DNA of 64,000 nt from Eledone cirrhosa (taxonomy: Eukaryota), in the NCBI GenBank assembly GCA_964016885.1, contig OZ024740.1, positions 374,356,001 to 374,420,000 of the forward strand. The letters are read 5' to 3'. Below the pieces are notes generated by a model. That model did no database searches and had not been told where the DNA came from. It saw nothing but the letters and a program-made list of their open reading frames with translations. Position 1 is the first letter of the stretch. The number at the start of each line of letters is the position of its first letter. This document shows, one piece after another, positions 57,950-64,000 of the stretch. The position numbers were made by a program, and so were the translations under genes.

Positions 57950-59428
57950 CAGTAGCATTTATCTTGCTTTATGTTCAAACAGTGGCCTCGTGAGACAACA
58001 AGTTCCGCCATGTTCAAGAAAGAACATACATACACACACATGCATCTTTAGGTGTTTAGACTTGTGATGTACTTATATTGACATAATCTTCCTTAGTATA
58101 TGGGCAGTTCCCATTAGTACTATCTTTTGTATTTCTCCTATACCCGGGTTTCCTGGAATTTGCGATAAGTACTCATTAGACCTCTTAGGTATCATTCCTA
58201 GAGCGCCTACAACCACTGGTATTGTTTTAGTTCTCAATTTCCACATTTTTCCAATTTCTATCTCCAGCTCCTTATAGTTGCTCAATTTTTCGAATGTTTT
58301 TATAGATACATTCTTGTCTATTGCAACGGACCTATCAATTAGCAATCATAGACTCTTTTTAAAGTCCTTCAATATTATATCAGGTCTATTTGCATCTATT
58401 TTTCGGTATTGTTTGGATGCTAAAGTTACACAAGATTGAGATGTGATCTTTTTCAAGTACGGGGGGTGGTTGATGATAACCAATTCTTTTGATGGGACAG
58501 GTCAAAAGCTTACACATTATACAATGTATCTATTGTGCAGCTCTGTCATGCCTGTTTAGGTGTTCGGTTGGAGCTATAGGATTGCACATTGAAATTATAT
58601 GATGATATATTACATACACGGCATAATGTGTTGCATCCATTTTTTATTATGTTGGCTTGGTAATATTTTGTCGGTAGACACTGATCTTGTGCTGATATAA
58701 TTCGTCCTTCAGTCTCCGATTTCAGTCCAGAGGATGCCAACCACTAATGGGTTAAAGTTTTGTCAACAGCAGGATTGTTAGCTCTTTCTGGGTATTTTTC
58801 ATACAGAGGCTTTTCTTACCATTTCTTAGTCAGTCTCTGTAGCAGTTCTTTCTTTGCAGTTAATTTTACCTGCTTTGCTTTTTCTGTGTTTTTCATTTCA
58901 GCAGTAAATGGAACTTCTGAAATTTGTAGTCCATTAGTGTATCTTTGTGCATCTTTTGTAATGGAGTATGATCTTGTGATGCTTTCGTGTTTGAAAACGA
59001 GTTTGATCATCCAATCATTTGATTCACTTAGATATGTAGATAATCCAATTGTTGCAGTTTTCAGATCATTATCTAACTGGATTAACCCACATCCTCCTTC
59101 TTTCCTAAAGAAATATATTCTATATGTATCTGCCTTAGGGTGATGCATTCTGTGCATGGTTAAGAATTTTCTAAATTTTGTCTCGAGCCTACGGATCTCT
59201 GTGCTTGACCAGTTGATGGTATTGTAACTGTAGGTTACTACTGGTATTTATGGCATCGATCCTATTACTTGCATTCAATTCCGTGCTTATGTTTGCACTT
59301 ACTCTGCAGTAACATTCCTTCCTGATCCTTTCCCTCATTGTCGAGTGCTTGATTCCGTCTCCTTCACAAACACCTAGATATTTGTAAGTTTCCTCTTGAT
59401 CAAGTTCTCTTATTAGATTCCCCCGATC
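57950..59428 (-). mobile_element. R4/Dong-clade LINE, 5'-truncated tandem copy
   Basis: Roughly 90% identical by eye to 59477-61010. Encodes LKSETEG.I.SAQDQ.L.T, CRVC and ELEIEIGKMWK..T.TIPVVVGALG. (TAA)n lies at both ends. Confidence 0.93.

Positions 59429-59476
<48 letters not shown>
59429..59476. repeat. (TTA)n microsatellite separating the two Dong-like copies
   Basis: About 16 TTA units are directly visible. Confidence 0.95.
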
Positions 59477-59477
<1 letters not shown>

Positions 59478-62400
59478 AGCTGCATTTATCTTGCTTTATG
59501 TTGATACGAGTTATCACCAAGTCACAACCAGTGACCTCAAGAGACAACAAGGTCCGCCATGTTCAAGAAACAACATACATACTCACACATGCATCTTTCG
59601 GTGTTTACACTTGTGATGTACTTATATTGACAAATTCTCCCTTAGTATATGGGCAGTTCCCATTAGTACTATCTTTTGTATTTCTCCTATACGCGGGTTT
59701 CCTGGAATTTGCAATAAGTAATCATTAGACCCCTTAGGTATGATTACTAGATCGCCTACAACCACTGGTATTGTTTTAGTTCTCAATTTCCACATTTTTC
59801 CAATGTCTATCTCCAGGTCCTTATAGTTGTTCAATTTTTCAAATGATTTTATAGATACATTCTTGTCTATTGGAACGGTAATATCAATTAGCAGGCATAC
59901 CCTCTTTTTAAAGTCCTTCAATATTATATCAGGTCTATTTGCATCTATATTTCGGTCTGTTGTTTGGATGCTAAAGTTCCACAAGATTGAGATGTGATCT
60001 TTTTCAATTATGGGAGGTGGTTGATGCTCCCACCAATTCTTTTGATGGGGCAGGTCAAAATGCTTACACATTATCCAATGTATGTATTGTGCAGCTCTGT
60101 CATGCCTGTTTAGGTATTCGGTTGGAGCTATAGGACTGCACATTGAAATTATATGGTCAATGGTCTCTGGTTGTTTTTTTACATACACGGCATAATGGGC
60201 TGCATCCATTTTTTATTATGTTGGCTTGGTAAGTTTTTGTTGGCAGACACTGATCGTGTGCTGATATAATCAGTCCTTCAGTCTCCGATTACAGTCAAGA
60301 GGATGCCAACCACTGATGGGTTAAAGTTTTGTCAACATCAGGATTGTTAGCTCGTTCTGGATATTTTCCATACAGAGGCTTTTCTTGCCATTTCTTAGCC
60401 AGTTTCTGTAGCAGTTTTTACTTTGCAGTTACTTTTACCTGCTTTGCTTTTTCTGTGTTTTCCATTTCAGCAGTAAGTGGGACTTCTGAAATGTGTAGTC
60501 CATTACTGTATCTGTGTGCATCTTTTGTAATGGAATATGATCTTTTGATGCTTTCGTGTTTCAAAACGAGTTTGATCATCCAATCATGTGATTCCCTTAG
60601 ATATGTAGATAATCCAATTGTTGCAGTTTTCAACGCAATGTCTAACTGGATTAACCGACGTCCTCCTTCTATCCTAGGGAGATATATTCTATATGTATCT
60701 TCCCTGGGCTGATGCATTCTGTGCATGGTTTAGAATGCTAGTATTTTTTGTATCGAGCCTACGGATCTCTGTGCTTGACCAGTTGATGACATCGTAACTG
60801 TAGGTTACTACTGGTATGGCAAGCGTTTTTATGGCATCGATCCTATTCCTTGCATTCAATTCCGTTCTTAAGATTGCTCTTACTCTGCGGTAACATTCCT
60901 ACCTTATCCTTTCCCTCATTGTCGAGTGCTTCATTCCGTCTCCTACACAAACACCTAGGTATTTGTAAGTTTCCTCTTGATCAATTCCTCTTATCACATT
61001 ACCCCGATCAAGATTAATTTCTGAACTTTTCAGCAGCTTTCCTCTGGTGAACGTTGCTTTGGCGTATTTATCTAGTCCAAACTCCATTTTAATGTCATCA
61101 CTGAACTGCTTCACAGTGGATAATATCCCTTGCAATTGTGCATCATTTTGTTGCAAATAGTTTCAGGTCATCCATGTAGAACAAGTGATAAATGGTTTTG
61201 TCATAGACTTTATATCCATGTTTTGTTTCATTGAGCATTTTACTTAATGGTGTAAGTGCGATGCAGAATAAAAGCGGTAATAGAGAGTCACCCTGAAAAA
61301 TTGCACAATTAATATTAACTTCTCCAGCTTCCAGTGATTTTGTTTCACTATTCAAAAGGAGTGTCGTTTTCCATGTCTTCATACTGAATGACAAAAACCT
61401 CCTGACAACGGGAGATATTTTGAAAATCTCTAAACATTTTTCAATCCAACTGTGTGGCAAACTATCGAATGCTTTTTTATAATCTATCCAAGCAATTGAT
61501 AGATTTTTGTGTCTATTATGACAATCTTCCAGTATGATTTTGTTAACCAAAAGCTGATCTTTACAGCCATATGAGCCTCGTTTACACCCTTTCTGCTCTA
61601 TGGGAAATAGGTCATTTGTTATCAGGTGGTCATATGTATATTCAGTTAGGACTGATGTTAAAATGTTATACATTGTGGTCAAGCAAGTTATCGGTCTGTA
61701 ATTTTTGTGATTGTTTGTCTCATCATTCTTCGGAAGCAGGAATGTAATGCTGTTAACTAGCCATGACGGTATCTTTTCTGGCTCCTTAACTATTTCATTG
61801 TAAAGTTGGTCTAACAGCTCATGAGACTCTGTGAAGGCATTTATCCAAACAAATTTTATTTTGTCTTTTCCCGGGGATTTCCATTTGCTGGTTTTTGTTA
61901 GAGCCAAACGCAACTGTTCAACTGTTATATTTTCCCATATTTGTTCCTCAAGGTGAGCTGTATCTTTCATTTGTCTCTCTGTCCATGGGGCATGTATATT
62001 ATGAACTTTTTCTTCGGCCCATATCTTTTCCCAGAATTCTTGCACTTCCTCTTTGGGTCGTATTGATTTAGCAGTTATTGTTGACTTACCAATTTTTCTG
62101 TAGAAGTTTCTTTGATTGTTTTTGAACATATTATTGTCCTTATAGGACCTAGATCGTTTTTCAAAGCGCCTTATACGAGCAGCTTTGGCCGACACTTTTT
62201 GCTTGATTATTTCTATCAGCATGTCTATGTCACTTGTTGATTTTATACTGTACTTTCTTTTCAATTTTCTAAGTTTAGTTTGTTTAACATATTCACCTAC
62301 TTTATAGTTTGTTAAAATTTCTATGACAGATCGGAGAAGTTTTATTTGGCGATTGATGTTCTCTTGCCAAGTAGATTTCTTGTGTGAATTCCTTTGTTTT

Positions 62401-63440
62401 TTCATCTTCACTCCAAATAAGTGAGTGGTGACTTTAGCCGATGCATAAAAGAGATGATTTAAATCAGTAATGTTTAGTTTGTTTGTGATGATAATGTTTT
62501 TGAGAATTATATTAATCTTGTGTATTATCTTTTGGTTCTGTTTGGAGTTCTGGATCTTAGGGAGGGTGTCTCGTTCCCCCATGTCACATTCTTTCATTTT
62601 CGTCCATTCGATCATAATTTCATCCTTCAAGATGGCATGTTCATTCTCATTCATTTCTTTATCATTTACGATCTCATTGTTTTCATTTGGAGTTTCATCT
62701 TGAGCATGCAATCCCTCCACTTTTTCGATCCTTTCTTTAATTTGTTCTGTTGTCAGTGATTCCGCCCCAACCCTGGGATTCGAAGTGTTACAATTTACCT
62801 CGTTTTCACTGAAACATGTTTCATTTTCCCTTCGCTGACTGTGCTAATAGCTTGATCTGATCAATTTCTATATCAATTAGTAACTTTTCTTTTACAATAT
62901 TTATTCGTATATTGGCTAGTTTGTTACTGTCAATATTGCCTCTATTTTCGGGATGTTTCTTTTTCAAGTTTATATATGTCTGATCTTTATTCGATGTATT
63001 TGATGGGTAGTACATGGAAGTGTAGAAAGACTCAAGTACTTCTTTATTATCATCCCTGGACCATTTTTCTCTCTTTTTCTTTGGATTTCTTGGTGGTGAG
63101 CATGGAGGATCAACAGTAGGAGTATTCCGGTGATGGGAGGTTTCCAGCTCCGAAGTGATGGGAAGGTTTGAACCATTAGCTGATTTTTCGACCCCAGTCT
63201 GGTTCCTCCCTGAGGGACGCGGCCCTTTTTGACCCGGGTGACGGCCGATCCGGTATGAGATTTTATCATTAGACATTTACTTTATATTGTCGCGTTTTAT
63301 CCTTATCCGCCAAGGGGTAATCATTTCGTGTTACCACTTCTAGGATGAGTGTCAACCAAGACTAGAGGGGTTGTCCTCCCGTAGATACACGGCTATTCGC
63401 CGCTGGCCGCCATCCCGGTATTTCTTGGTCACGGGGTTTT
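59477..63440 (-). mobile_element. Near-full-length R4/Dong-clade non-LTR retrotransposon (RT plus restriction-like endonuclease)
   Basis: Contains the disrupted ORF below, a short 3' UTR ending in (TAA)n and a GC-rich 5' leader at 63290-63440. Confidence 0.93.
59622..63276 (-). pseudogene. Dong/R4 RT-RLE ORF with frameshifts
   Basis: RT motifs NYRPITCL, EQKGCKRGSYGCKDQL, WIDYKKAFDS, IFQGDSL, HLFYMDDLKLFA, MEFGLDK and YKYLG. A zinc-knuckle remnant ETIDHIISMC..RHD and the RLE motif RPDII...LIDITVP follow. Split over ORFs 62821-63276, 61143-62720, 60899-61156, 60418-60726 and 59622-60209. Confidence 0.95.
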
Positions 63441-64000
63441 CTTTTTTGTTGTTTTTTATGTTGTTATTATCATGAGTGGTTCCTTAATGTGAGCATTGCA
63501 TGGCTTAAGAATGAAATTATTTATAATATAATATACTTTTTGCAGAAGTTGCCTGTTATTGTTGTTGGCTATCTCGGTGGTGGTGCTGGGGCTTTTTCTG
63601 TTGTTGGTGGGGAAGGGGGGAGCCAGCAGTGCCATAAGCGTTGACGTTTGGCCGATGGCCGTGTCACTAAGTCAATCTATTTATATATTTTGCTAGCTTC
63701 TCCCTTGTCTAGTGATACCGACACCTTCCCCTTTCTTAAGTTAACAGAAGATAATGGGGGAATAGTGGTGGTAGCAAGGAAGGAGTGGTGGCGGCAGTGA
63801 TGGGATAGTGGTAGCAATGATGAATGGAGTGGTGGCGGCGGTGACTATAGTGATGGCGTGTCGTTACTGAGTTTTGTTGAATGGACTGTAGATTTGTTTG
63901 ATCTGTGTATCTATGCGTTTGTCGCGTATGTTTAATATATGTGTTGACATATTCCCTTAATATTGGAATTAAACATTTTGTTAAAACTTGAGACAATAAT

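Overview
AT-rich, microsatellite-dense eukaryotic DNA, intergenic or intronic. The SINE, LINE and Penelope repertoire looks octopod-cephalopod-like, which is an inference rather than a database result. I find no intact host gene, rRNA, true tRNA or CRISPR array, and most ORF-track entries are (TA)n, (CA)n or (GA)n artefacts. The window is a nested mosaic of mobile elements. It holds a near-full-length, frameshifted R4/Dong-type LINE with a tandem 5'-truncated copy in (TAA)n (57950-63440, -), and a near-full-length Penelope-like element (PLE) with RT, a C-terminal GIY-YIG and pseudo-LTRs (50712-54566, -). There are also several decayed PLEs, RTE and CR1 LINE fragments, two tRNA-derived SINE families, non-autonomous Helitrons, Tc1/mariner remnants and a 2.4-kb fold-back element with ~740-bp inverted arms. 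The most interesting signal is RNA structure. Three unrelated repeat families carry hand-foldable type I hammerhead ribozyme motifs. One is a non-coding 1304-bp direct-repeat unit with a canonical CUGAUGA/GAAA core in both repeats (retrozyme-like, 47926-49906). The other two change core position U4 to C or A in every copy where the core is intact. Fold-back junctions of many short insertions also map at hammerhead-like motifs. All folds and alignments were done by eye, and coordinates of decayed elements are approximate.
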